Origin: Lepidodermella squamata
Taxonomy: Eukaryota; Animalia; Gastrotricha
Direction of reading: 5' to 3'
Assembly: GCA_047495785.1 (NCBI GenBank)
Contig: JBLDXI010000007.1
Location: forward strand, 4,278,001 to 4,342,000
Length of the DNA stretch: 64,000 nt
Under the pieces are notes generated by a model. The model was not told the origin of the DNA. It searched no databases and saw only the letters and a list, made by a program, of their open reading frames with translations. Both the position numbers and the translations under genes were made by a program. Of the stretch, positions 12,756-23,628 are shown one piece after another. The stretch's first letter is position 1; every line of letters starts with the position of its first letter.

Positions 12756-13218
12756 CCGTAAAATGTTGAAATACTAGCCCGGGCTTCTAGATTTTCAATG
12801 TCCAAAAAAGGGTAAAAAACTGGGCTTCTATTCGAGATGGGCTAATAGAAACAAGTAAAGGGCAACCGTTCTAACTTTAATCTTTAATCATCTTATAGGA
12901 AATTTTCCGCCCAATCGTCGCTGTAATCACTGTTATTAGGCTCTCCGTCATCCTCTCCTCATCTCCTCTCCTTCATCTCCTTCATCATTTGAACCTCCAT
13001 CATTTTCGTTTCACTGAGATGAAGCTATAAAACCACTTGCTTTGGCGAAAAATGAGTCAACTGAGTCACTTTGTCATTGCCGTACTAATTTACATAATAG
13101 CCAGGGCTACTATTCGAGATGGGCTTCTAGGTCAATGTATCGTTGCTTGGGTGGGCGGTGGGCTTCTATTTGAGATGGGCTACAATTCGCGAATGGGCTG
13201 GTATTTGAACATTTACGG
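12756..13218. mobile_element. Tc1/mariner-superfamily (Tc2-like, CCGTA ends) non-autonomous MITE
   Basis: TA target duplication; TIRs ccgtaaaatgttgaaatactagccc / ccgtaaatgttcaaataccagccc; internal gggctWctattYgagatgggct repeats. Confidence 0.8.
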
Positions 13219-14468
13219 TAATTTGTAAATCCTTATCAAACACCTTGAATACATTAAATTAACTTCAAAAAATTCACGTAACACTTTTTGCTACTAAGAT
13301 ATTTCTTGGATGACTAATTCTCCCTGAAAGATGGTCAAAACCGGTGCACTAGGGAGAAAACTGTCTGAAACTGTCAACAAGCAATTGTTACAGACAAATT
13401 CTAAGAAAGATGTCAGAGTTTATTGTTTAATTGATGCAGGATAGTGCTCATTTTTGACATCGAATTGCCTGTTAGCTGTACACTTTTAACGTCTCATTCG
13501 ATTGCAGCATAGCGGGGGCTTGTCACGAAAGCGGAAGCTGTTATCTGTTTTTTACTTTAATTGTGGATTTGTCTTATTGTCGGGTATTATAAACAGATTT
13601 CAACCGCTCATCTGGACGTTGCCAGCTCATTCTGATACTTTTGGATTGGAAAGGCAACTGGGAAAAAAATTACAGACTGTCAGGAAAAATATTTTCTATT
13701 AGCATCAGCTATACACTGTAACATTCAATCAAACCATTCTTGACGTCATTTTCCTAATATCCACTCAAATTCGCAGTATCTCAGCGGCCTAACTGTGTCG
13801 CGGTGTGTGGTTTACGGTGCCTCCCTAAATTTGAGAGCATAAAGCACGCCCAAATACTACTATCGCACTAGGGCTCCAATTGCTTCTTACCAGTTTGCTA
13901 TACCCGATTCTCGAGATGAAGCTTGATCAAGCTCACTTTAATCGCGATTTCAGCTGGAGTTTCATAGATAGTTGTGCACAACTCGCTTGTCTCGAAAATT
14001 GGGGCGAAGAGCGTCGGAAACTGCGAGCCTTTAATGATATTCTTTTCATTCCTCATAACATCAAATACTTACCTTCCGCTTCAAGATATTTTTGAACGAA
14101 CAAAATTAGCTATGAAATACGTTCGCAGAATGTAATGAATGCGAGCCGCCGGCTAGCTTAATCATCAACACGACTGAAGGACTGGATCTTTAACAGAATC
14201 TCCCTTCAAACTGACCACACCAAAGTGTCACATGAATTTAAAAAAATCGAGGTTTTTCATTAAAAACAAGACTTTCGTCGCACGTGAACCGTCACCTGTT
14301 CAACTCCAACTTAATCCGACTAATTTTGCACGGACCAAGACTTTGTCATTAATGGTGAGTTCAAGCTGCGCGATTAATGAACAATCACATTCTATCGCTG
14401 CAATTCTGAGAATGGCTTATATAGCCATGGCTATACCTGCACTTACAGCTGTAGATTGGTTTTAGGCC

Positions 14469-14519
14469 GAATGATTCAACTCAATTCAATTCATTGAGTT
14501 GAACTGAATTGAATCATTC
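14469..14519. repeat. Short palindrome built from TTCAA units
   Basis: gaatgattcaactcaattcaattc...gagttgaactgaattgaatcattc is self-complementary. Confidence 0.5.
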
Positions 14520-14921
14520 GATAATTGCAGATAATTGCCAGCAACAGTATGTAGGCATTTATTCAGTGAGCAGCAATGCTGAAAATCCAAAGATCCTTGA
14601 AATAAAACTTAAATCTTTTTTATTAAACCTAATATGTTCGTCGAACGTGATCTCGCAGCTAAAAATAGTTGAGATACATGCGCGTTTTCATACCGGCGAA
14701 TTCACCGGTCGCAACTTCTTAATTTCATTTTGCAACTCACCTATTTTATCACCTTGTCAAAAGGCCGGAAGAGCTCTGGCGCCAGCTGTTCGCTGAAACA
14801 GATTATATTACAAGCTCAAACTTCATTTCCGATGTCTGTTTCGGTGTTATTTTTATAAAAATTCGCCCGTCCACTTTAATCTCATTTCTGAAATTTTGAT
14901 TTGTTTCCATCAATAGATAAA

Positions 14922-17258
14922 ATGAAGATTGCCCTTGTCGTAACCTTTATAACGGTTGCAAATACCCAGAAGACCGTTGATCTGTCAATGGTAATTTTCC
15001 TTGGAATTACCGGAGACGAGCCAAGAAAAGGAGAATCCTGCCTCATAGCAAGTGATATAGCCATCGAAGCCGCGAACAATCAGCCAAACTTTCTCAGCAA
15101 CTACCGCGTCGTCACTCTCAATCGCGATGAAGGCTCTGGCGGCATTCAGTCGACTGGAACAGTGACGCGGATGAAAGCTGATTTCAAAAACAACGCAACC
15201 AGTATTCTCTCTCCGGTTTTCGTCGGACCGTGGTTTTCAGGGGGCTGCAAAGCGCTCGGGCCAGCTGTAGCCCATCTCGACATGGTGCAATCCGCAACGG
15301 GCTGCAACCACTTGGCTTTGACAAACAATCGAAAACTCTTCCCGAATATGTTCCGCGTTCGAGCTGGGGCTGAAATGATGCTATACTCCCGTTTGCGATT
15401 CATCCGCGATGTCGGTGGATGGAATCGATTCGGCCTCCTATCAGACGCGACAAATGACGCAAATTACAAAACTGCTCAAGCTCTGCTGAACGAGGGCCTG
15501 GCCAACGGATTCGAAATACCTTTTTTCGACCTAGTCACGGACATAACTGACTCAACAATGGAAGCATTGAAGAAATCAGATGTTCGAGTTATCGACCTTC
15601 TAATGTCTACAGCTCCGTCAATTCTGAAGTTTCTATGTAAAACGTATGAGTTCGGCATCACTGGGCCGCGATACGCATTCATTTTGATGTATTCAGCCTA
15701 CATTGAGCCTACGAGTTTGAGTTACATCATCAACCCGACTTGTAACAGAGACATGGTCTTCGAACAACTGAAATACTCTTTCTGGATAGGATGGACCTCG
15801 AGAAACGTAGAAACCCCGAGTTTGATATCAACCCTCGGGTATAATATTGATGAATTCGACCGCAGATTTGATCAGAAATGGCTAGCGATGAATCCGAAGA
15901 ACACTTTGGCCGTGAAACCTGCTGATTACGACAAACGGATGACGTGCCATGACGCTGTCCTCGGCGGTCTGGTTGCTTTGGACAGTGCGGAAAAGCTATT
16001 AAAAGCCCGTAATTTGACCCTGTCCAACTATGCCACTGCCCCGAAACTCATAATGGAGGCTGTAAATAGCTCTTTTGCGGAAGTTGAGTATCAAGGGCTG
16101 CGGATTGGAAATTTTAGCTATTCTGCACGAGGTGAACCGGATGATGACACATATATTGCGGTTCAGTGGACACTGGAGAAGGGCCAGCAAGTTCTCAGCT
16201 CGTTTCGAAGAGGCGGGGTCGATGCTCCGCCCACCAACTACTCGAGTTATTCTGCTAGAAGAGATCTAACCCCTCCGCTTTGGTTTTCGGTCGATAAGAA
16301 GCCGCCTAGAGACCGACGATTCGAGGTGAATACGGTTTCGCGAATTCCTTGGAGCTTCACCGTTGCAATGATAACTCTCAACAGTATCAGTTTCGTGGTT
16401 CAAATCTCTGGGGCGGGGCTAATTTGCTCCAGATATGGAATTGATTCTACGAAGTACTCCATCACAGTTTCGACCATACTTCTCGGAGGAACTTCGGTCG
16501 TTTTGAGTATTGCCTTGTCAGATGTGTTATTCTACCTACAACGCATCTTGCCAGTCCTGTCGTTAGCCCTCATTCAGATCGCTTACTTTTTCCCGATTTC
16601 CTACTTTAAAAGAAAAGCCCCTGCTACACGGCACGTTTCTTTCCGGAAAAACCCGTTTGCGAATATGAGTGTAATGTCAGCACGAAGCCATGCTTCAACG
16701 CACGTTACAAGGCAGAGTGTCGCCCCAACCTACCTTGGCTTCCAACAAGATTTTGCTGGATATTCAAGCTTTACTATCGCCTATTTGATAACTTGGCTTC
16801 TGACCGATCCTCCGCGTTGTTCGACAGTGATACACGCGGAGAAGTCTGTCTACGACTTTGCGAGTGACACTTACTTCATCGCTCAGGTGTTTTCCTGCCC
16901 CTCGAAAAGCGGAAATGCTTGGTTTGCATTCATTATAGCCATCAACGGCCTGTTTCTAACCTTAACAGCGTGGTTCGCTTTCAGTCTCAGAAACAGGAAG
17001 CTTACAGCTGACATTTTGGTGAAATGCAAGGAGGCTAAATTTGCCGCAATGAATCTGATGACGCTTTATCTCGGAGCAATTTTGCTCTATTTTGTGCTGT
17101 CTGGGAATCCACCTGGTCAATTCATGGCGTTGTCTGTCATTGCGTTCCTGGCGTCGAACATAACTTGGATTATTGAGTTCTGGCGAGTTGCCAAAGTTGA
17201 AGAAATTGAACATAGAGAAACAGTTCTAGAGTCGAAATTCGGAACAGTTAACCACTGA
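14922..17258 (+). CDS. Class C GPCR, GABA-B-like orphan, intronless
   Basis: Signal peptide MKIALVV; LTNNRKLFPNMFRVR; GWNRFG; LKKSDVRVI; PPLWFSVDKKPPRD; TM bundle. Confidence 0.85.
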   Translation: MKIALVVTFITVANTQKTVDLSMVIFLGITGDEPRKGESCLIASDIAIEAANNQPNFLSNYRVVTLNRDEGSGGIQSTGTVTRMKADFKNNATSILSPVFVGPWFSGGCKALGPAVAHLDMVQSATGCNHLALTNNRKLFPNMFRVRAGAEMMLYSRLRFIRDVGGWNRFGLLSDATNDANYKTAQALLNEGLANGFEIPFFDLVTDITDSTMEALKKSDVRVIDLLMSTAPSILKFLCKTYEFGITGPRYAFILMYSAYIEPTSLSYIINPTCNRDMVFEQLKYSFWIGWTSRNVETPSLISTLGYNIDEFDRRFDQKWLAMNPKNTLAVKPADYDKRMTCHDAVLGGLVALDSAEKLLKARNLTLSNYATAPKLIMEAVNSSFAEVEYQGLRIGNFSYSARGEPDDDTYIAVQWTLEKGQQVLSSFRRGGVDAPPTNYSSYSARRDLTPPLWFSVDKKPPRDRRFEVNTVSRIPWSFTVAMITLNSISFVVQISGAGLICSRYGIDSTKYSITVSTILLGGTSVVLSIALSDVLFYLQRILPVLSLALIQIAYFFPISYFKRKAPATRHVSFRKNPFANMSVMSARSHASTHVTRQSVAPTYLGFQQDFAGYSSFTIAYLITWLLTDPPRCSTVIHAEKSVYDFASDTYFIAQVFSCPSKSGNAWFAFIIAINGLFLTLTAWFAFSLRNRKLTADILVKCKEAKFAAMNLMTLYLGAILLYFVLSGNPPGQFMALSVIAFLASNITWIIEFWRVAKVEEIEHRETVLESKFGTVNH

Positions 17259-18187
17259 CTGTTGTGAACTGTGTTCAAGCTCCGTTGGAAATACGACTTT
17301 AAACCTCTGATGCTTCTTTAAATAAAATGCGTATTTCGGGTACTAAAGGGCTGGAAAGCAAACTCTGAACTATCCAGGAACTTGCAAGAAGCAATAGTCT
17401 AATTATTAGACAATTCTAGTCAAATAAGAAACAGGGTGAAAAATCTTGTTCGGTCACGCACGGAAGGTTTTCAAAGTTATCTCTTCGCTCGCTTGAAAAG
17501 AACTATCGTTAGATAAGTACGAGGAATTTGGCCTCAAAATCCGAAATCAAAATCCGAGTGCTGCATTGGTCTATAATGACAGGCCTAGTCAACGAGATCA
17601 AGCCCATTTGACAATCTTTTACACCATCCCAATTTGCGACCTGGTAACTCGTAGGACGTATATATATTGACGAATTTAATCTCCAACGATTCACTGTCAC
17701 TCAGGACTGTCATAAAAAAGTGTGCGAATTACCGCGGGTGGTACCCCCACCAGGGAGGTCCACAAGACTCTCCAACAAGAAAATATCCACAATTAGCCCT
17801 CAACCCGAGGATCCTACTTCATCTACTGTCGTAAACTATCGTTGAATCTGATCGAGAGGAAGCGTTGAAATAATATGAAATAAGTTTCGCGGAAAAGCAG
17901 CGTAGTTAAAAATTGGCTGTCCCATTACAACGATCGTAGCTACTTGTTGTGAAAGAGGTGAACTTTGCGATAAACATGTTCTCAGTCTAGCGCAAATCAC
18001 AAATTGGCTATCTCAGCAACAGGTTCGTCGGCTCGCCCACATGTCCACAAACTGGTATCGTTTTCACTCTCATTAGCCTAAAATCTAAAACGCACTACTA
18101 TGTATTCATTAGTCTAGAAAGCTCAATTCTCAACTACTTACCGACACTCGACTGTTGATTTAGCAAATCATATTCATCAAACTTGCA

Positions 18188-20588
18188 ATGTATTCGCTGA
18201 CAATAATTTTTATGCTGGTAACTTCAAAAGAAATTGCCGCCATGAAGGCCAACAACATTAGCATGTTAGTCCTACTCGGGCTAACGGGTGACGAGCCTCG
18301 AAAAGGCGACTCTTGTTTCATCGCAACGGAGATAGCTTTGGAGGCGGCAAATAAACGCAACGATTTCCTGCCAAACCACCGTGTCATACCGTACTACCGC
18401 GACGAAGGGCCAACCAGCCTGTTCGCAGCTCGGGCAATGGTCGAATTCCGACAATCAGGCTCAAAAGCCGTAACCCCAGCGCCCATAATGGTTGGACCGT
18501 GGTTCTCATCCGGTTGTAAAGCAGTTGGTTTGGTCGCAGCTAATCTTGGCTTAGTTCAGTCCGCGCTCGGTTGCAACCACCCTTACATGACGAACAATCG
18601 GAAACTCTACCCTAACATGTTCAGAGCGAGGAGTGGGACTGAAATGATGGTCTTCTCCATTCTGAGATTTATCCGCCATGTCGGAAAATGGAACCGTTTC
18701 GGCCTGCTTTCGGACGCTCAAAACCATTACCTAGTCGCTTCAGCGATTCTGAACCAAGCATTGCCGAACGGCTTTGAAATTCCGCACTTCGATATTGTAG
18801 CTGACATGGATGACAACAGCTTTGTGACTTTGAAACAGTCTGATATCAGAATTGTCATCGTTCTAGCAACGAATGTCCCCCTTATGGTTCAGTTCTTCTG
18901 CAAAAGCTATAATTACGGCTTGACAGGACCTCGTTACGCTTTCATCTTGTTCTATACAGCCTATTTTGAGCCTACAACGCTTCAGGAAAGAATCAGTCAA
19001 ACATGTACCAGGGCGATAATTTGGGAACAATTCAAGTATACATTTTGGATCGGCTGGACTTCGTTCAACGTCGATGAACCCGGTGCTACAACATTCCTCG
19101 GCTATAACCTCTCGGAATTCGACAGACGCTTCGATGAAAAATGGGTCGCAATGGGTAGGAGCGCTTCGGTCAGACCGGCTGATTACGACAAGAGAGCTCT
19201 ATGCCACGACGCAGCCGTCTCAGCCCTCATAGCCTTAGATTCAGCTGAGAAACAACTTTCGCGGGTAAATCTTTCGCTCAGCAACTATGAAGATCGTCCT
19301 GGTGGTTTGGTTTTGAAAGCTGTTAATGAGTCTATGGCCAGAATCAAATACGTCGGGCTAAGAGTTGGCGACTTCGCGTATTCCGACCGATTTGAACCTG
19401 ATGACGACCTATACATAGCTGTTCAATCTACTCAAGTAACAGGCCCAGTAGTTTTGAGCTCGTTCCGCATGAGTGATCCAAGTGCTTCACCTCTCAATTA
19501 CTCCAGCTATTCAGAGAGGAGAGATTTAACGCCGCCTATGTGGTTCACTGCTGATGGCAAAGCACCGAAAGACGGGCATTTCGAGCTTTTCAGCTTGTAT
19601 TCGATTTCTCAAGGCTTTTCATCTACAATGATCGCGATAAACAGTGTTTTGGCAGTAAGCCAAATTGCTATGCTGATTTTTGCCGCAAAGAAAAGCAGTG
19701 GTTTCAGCAGTTTGAGTGTCAAAGCTGTTGTGACCTGCCTGTCTTTCGAAGTTTCAAGCATCGCTTTAGCTGTTTCAACAAATTTGAGCAACGGAAACGT
19801 TCTTTTCATGGTCCAGCGAATATTTCCGACAATTTCATTCTGTTTATTTCATGTGAGTTTTTGCTACGATTTTCGATATTTTCAAACAATTTCATTTTGC
19901 ATGGCAGATGCATGTGTTTTCGCAACTTCTCTACTATCGATCGAAATTGCAATTCGTTGAAGAGTCTGTATCGATCGCAGCTCACCCCACGCGTCTTTCG
20001 AGCAGCGCCAGTCGGAAAAGCGTGGTTAAGCAAGTCACGGTTTCTCGCAAGAGTCACGTTCGTTTCTGTCTTCGCTTCGATTTAACCTTCATTCTGGGCA
20101 CTCTTGTTTACTTAACATCGTGGTTAGCAAGCGAGTCGCCGCAAGTGCTCGAAGAAAACCTGAACATATCAGACGTGTACGACTACGAAAGTGATACCCT
20201 CAGAGTTATTCACGTCATCACCGTACATTCAAGCAGCGACGGCAATTGGTTGAAAGGCTGTACAGCTCTCAATGGCCTGATACTCCTGGTTGGCTCTTGG
20301 CTTTCCTATGTACTCAGGAGAGCTAGATTGGCCGAGCCTTACAGAGGATATCTGAATAGAGCTAGACTGGCAGTGGTTGCCATGGCAACGTTGTACCTAG
20401 CAACCGTTCTGATTTTCTTTGTTCTAGCTACTGATGAGTTAGCTCAGCTGATGGCACTGTCTGTTCTTGCATTCTTAGCATCTGCAGCTGTTGGACTGAT
20501 CGCGTTGATTCTAATTGATGGATCTGAAGAAGTATTGCCCCAACCTCGAGACAGAATTAGCACTATTACTTCGATAAAACAGCGATGA
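18188..20588 (+). CDS. Class C GPCR, GABA-B-like orphan; tandem paralog of 14922-17258
   Basis: join(18188-19852,19908-20588); the 55-nt GTGAG...GCAG intron joins the two track ORFs in frame. Long shared blocks with the upstream paralog (GDEPRKG, VGPWFS.GCKA, PADYDKR). Confidence 0.85.
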
Positions 20589-20866
20589 GACAAAAAAGAA
20601 GATCATTCACGCACTTATGAAAAAATATATCTAGAACATTATCCATTTTTTTCATTCATGTTGATTATTTTGACTGATCAATAAGAAGAGAGATAATGAA
20701 CTAGAATAACTCGTTTCCTTTCAAGCGTGAGCGCGCAGTGAACCGGAATGGAACTTCCCTCTAATAGCTTCGTGTTGTGACTTGTTTAACCACGCTCTAT
20801 CGCACGACTTATAAGCTTTCATTGTTACTGCGAGACTTCATTTAATCCCTGTTCGTTTCTCCTTGA

Positions 20867-21148
20867 ATGCTGATAAAAATGTTATCCCGAGTGATTATGC
20901 CCGCTATGGCCGTACTGTTGCTAGTACTACAGCAACTCGAAGCGAGGGATATGCCGATTGCCCGTGGCCTCGGCATTTCAGTCAACAAAAATTGGGACCC
21001 GCGACGCGCCGTCCTCAAACAGCGTTGTGCGCACCTACGTCGACTGGGGCATGCTGAAAGGCCGCCCGGGCTCGCTGACCAACAGCCGCGCTTATTAAGA
21101 GAGACTCCATTCTTATGTATGAACCATTCAACTCTTTCAACGTCGTAA
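20867..21148 (+). CDS. Small secreted protein / possible peptide precursor (93 aa)
   Basis: Hydrophobic signal (PAMAVLLLVLQQLEA|R), two RR dibasic sites, two Cys; TATAA at ~20810 and AATAAA at 21174. Confidence 0.5.
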   Translation: MLIKMLSRVIMPAMAVLLLVLQQLEARDMPIARGLGISVNKNWDPRRAVLKQRCAHLRRLGHAERPPGLADQQPRLLRETPFLCMNHSTLSTS

Positions 21149-21273
21149 CACCAATTTAGTTTTGATTTCATTCAATAAAATACGAGTATTTCTTTACGAT
21201 GAATAGCCTTTTCATCCGTACTATCAATGGTAGCACACACTCACATTTTTTAATCAAAATTTCGAATTTTACT

Positions 21274-22464
21274 ATGAAACTTAGACGCTTAAAATGGGTT
21301 GCAATAGAGAAATTATTCGGTTATATTTTTGCGTTATTTTGTCTCGTGATCATCGCAGCGTGGGTGCGATTTCACTATTACAGACTTTACCTCGAAAAAT
21401 ACCCGGCAACTATCCTGTTTGGGACGGACTCTTTGATCGAAGATGGCGATAGGATGATTGATATGGAGAATAAGCGGCGCTTAAAAATCATCGGAGAAAC
21501 TTGCGCAAGGAATGAAAACATCCAAAAATGGCTGATTTCCACTATGAGTTGGGAAGCTTTTCACTTTGCTCGTCATAACAGGTGATTTAGACTTTTCTAT
21601 GTACTATGACTTTTTACCCTTTTAATTCATGTTTTTCACAGCTCAGTAGCGTGGTGGAATCAGTTTTATGTCATCGATGGCTTGAAACTGCTGTTCTGTC
21701 GGTATTTAGTGCTTTCTATGAAATTTCCTATAAATTTATAAATTGCTTCTTAAGGTTACCTGATATCGATGGAAATGCTATCTCGCGACATCTTTTAGCA
21801 GCGCTGGACGTGGGTAATTCAAGTCTGACGTCGCTAATTGACTCTGAACACATCCGCCCACTGCAATACTACACAGAGCCGCAAGCGCGCGCAATTTTCG
21901 CGAACTATCGGAAGTTGGCGATAGTGCAAAATCCACTCGATCGGCTTATAACACTGTGGAAAAATATAATAGCGAAAAATGGTCGCATTTCAAGTAAAGC
22001 AGGCGATAAACGTCGCGGGACAATCGCTGAGTTTTTCAGATACTTGGCTGCGGAGAATGTGGATGAACTTGAAAATAATCTGTAAGGCCCAATTAATTGA
22101 GATATTCTTTTTGAATATTTACTGTGGATTGTTTCAGAAAACCAGCCTATCAACTTTCCTTGCTGTGTGCTATCAGGTGAGCATGATACATATTGTGGGA
22201 CATGCTACAAATTATCGGACATTTTCCAGCTACGATTACGTGGTGCATTTGGAGAACGCGTTTCCTGAGCTGAGCAGAATTTTGCCTGTTAAAGACAACA
22301 AATTTCAAGACCTTGGCGATGCCTTCGCTCAACCTCAATTTTCATTAGAACTCAACCTTTTGACAAGAGAAGTTACTGAAATGGTGTTGGTCAAATATTG
22401 GATGGACTATGTTTTCCTCGATTATGATATCACCCTTGATTTGCAAAGGGTGCCTTATACTTAA
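21274..22464 (+). CDS. Golgi carbohydrate sulfotransferase-like protein (Sulfotransfer_2 / CHST family) with degenerate PAPS motifs
   Basis: Type II N-terminal TM. Spliced LLFCR|LPDIDGN at the 5'-PSB position; YRKLAIVQNPLDRLITLW at the 3'-PB position; YDYVVHLEN; C-terminal YWMDYVFLDY. Short introns, e.g. 21702-21754. Confidence 0.75.
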
Positions 22465-23628
22465 TAAAAACAGTATTGCTAAATATTTTCTAGCTCAGGC
22501 GATAGTTGGTGGCAAGAATGTGGTTCGTCCCCGTCAGAATCGGGCCCTGGATGAGCCAGAAAAATAACCTCTTGCGTTTTAAAGAATAATTTCATGAACA
22601 TGAATCATTGTTTTACCATTAACAAACAAGTCCTCCTTGAAAGACGGAAAAATCTTATCGATTCAGATTGATGTATAGCTTGATTCTACCAAAATTTTCG
22701 AATATCTAGCAAGATTCCTCACATCAGATTACCCAAAAAATTTCAAAAACGCAAAAGAAAATTAGAATCATTTCGTGAGATGATAAATAGCTGCAATAAA
22801 AACTCCAATTTTTCAGGCACACTTTTTCGAAATAAGCTTTTTTACTGGTGATCTTTTTCCGCAATCCTGATAATCAATCTCTTTTAGACGCACATTTAAA
22901 ATTCCCAGAGTCGTAAAACGGTCGCGAACAGAATTTCAAATTTCGCGTCGTTTCTTTTTGTTTTTCTCTGACAGTTGCATTTGAAATTTGAAACATATAA
23001 AAAATGAAAGAAAGCAACGAGAAAATAAAAAATAACTTGGTTTTATTCGCAACGATTGTTTTCCGTTATTAAGCAACGAGCGCGCGCTGCTGCGGCGTCG
23101 TCCTAGGCTTCCATCAGGTTAGCCCAAAAACTATGAACGATTCTGTAAATTGCAGTGAACTCTGCGAAGGCCTTGCGAGGCAAGTTGGATGAATAATTCG
23201 TGTACTTACACAATGTACACAATTGTGTGTTTCGAATACCTTGCGATTGTTTTCGCGCACTTCCCTTTCGCATGCTTTTAATCGTTCTTTTTGTTCGCAC
23301 AGAGTGCACCCGCCCACAAAAAAGTTGTATTATGGTATATGATGTCAGGGCAACGATGAGAAATGTATGTTGTTTTTAGTATTTTGATTGACCCGGCTGG
23401 GTCAGACTCTGAAACGGGTAAAAGGAGCCTTTTTGAGCCTAACAATTGATTTTTTTAAATGGTTGAAAGCCTTGCTGCTATGCAAGGCACGCTTGATTAA
23501 CAATTCATGGTGTACATAATGTACAGAATTTTTTGGTTCAAATAGTTTTTTTGTTTCCAGTTTTTCCATATTTTCAAAAATTCCAGTTTTTGGCATTACT
23601 GTTTGTCAGTAACATCAGTAGCTAAATC

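Noticed and set aside
12756-13218. CRISPR-like spaced repeats (gggcttctattcgagatgggct)
   Set aside because: Eukaryotic context, irregular spacing, and enclosed by TIRs with a TA TSD, so these are MITE subterminal repeats.
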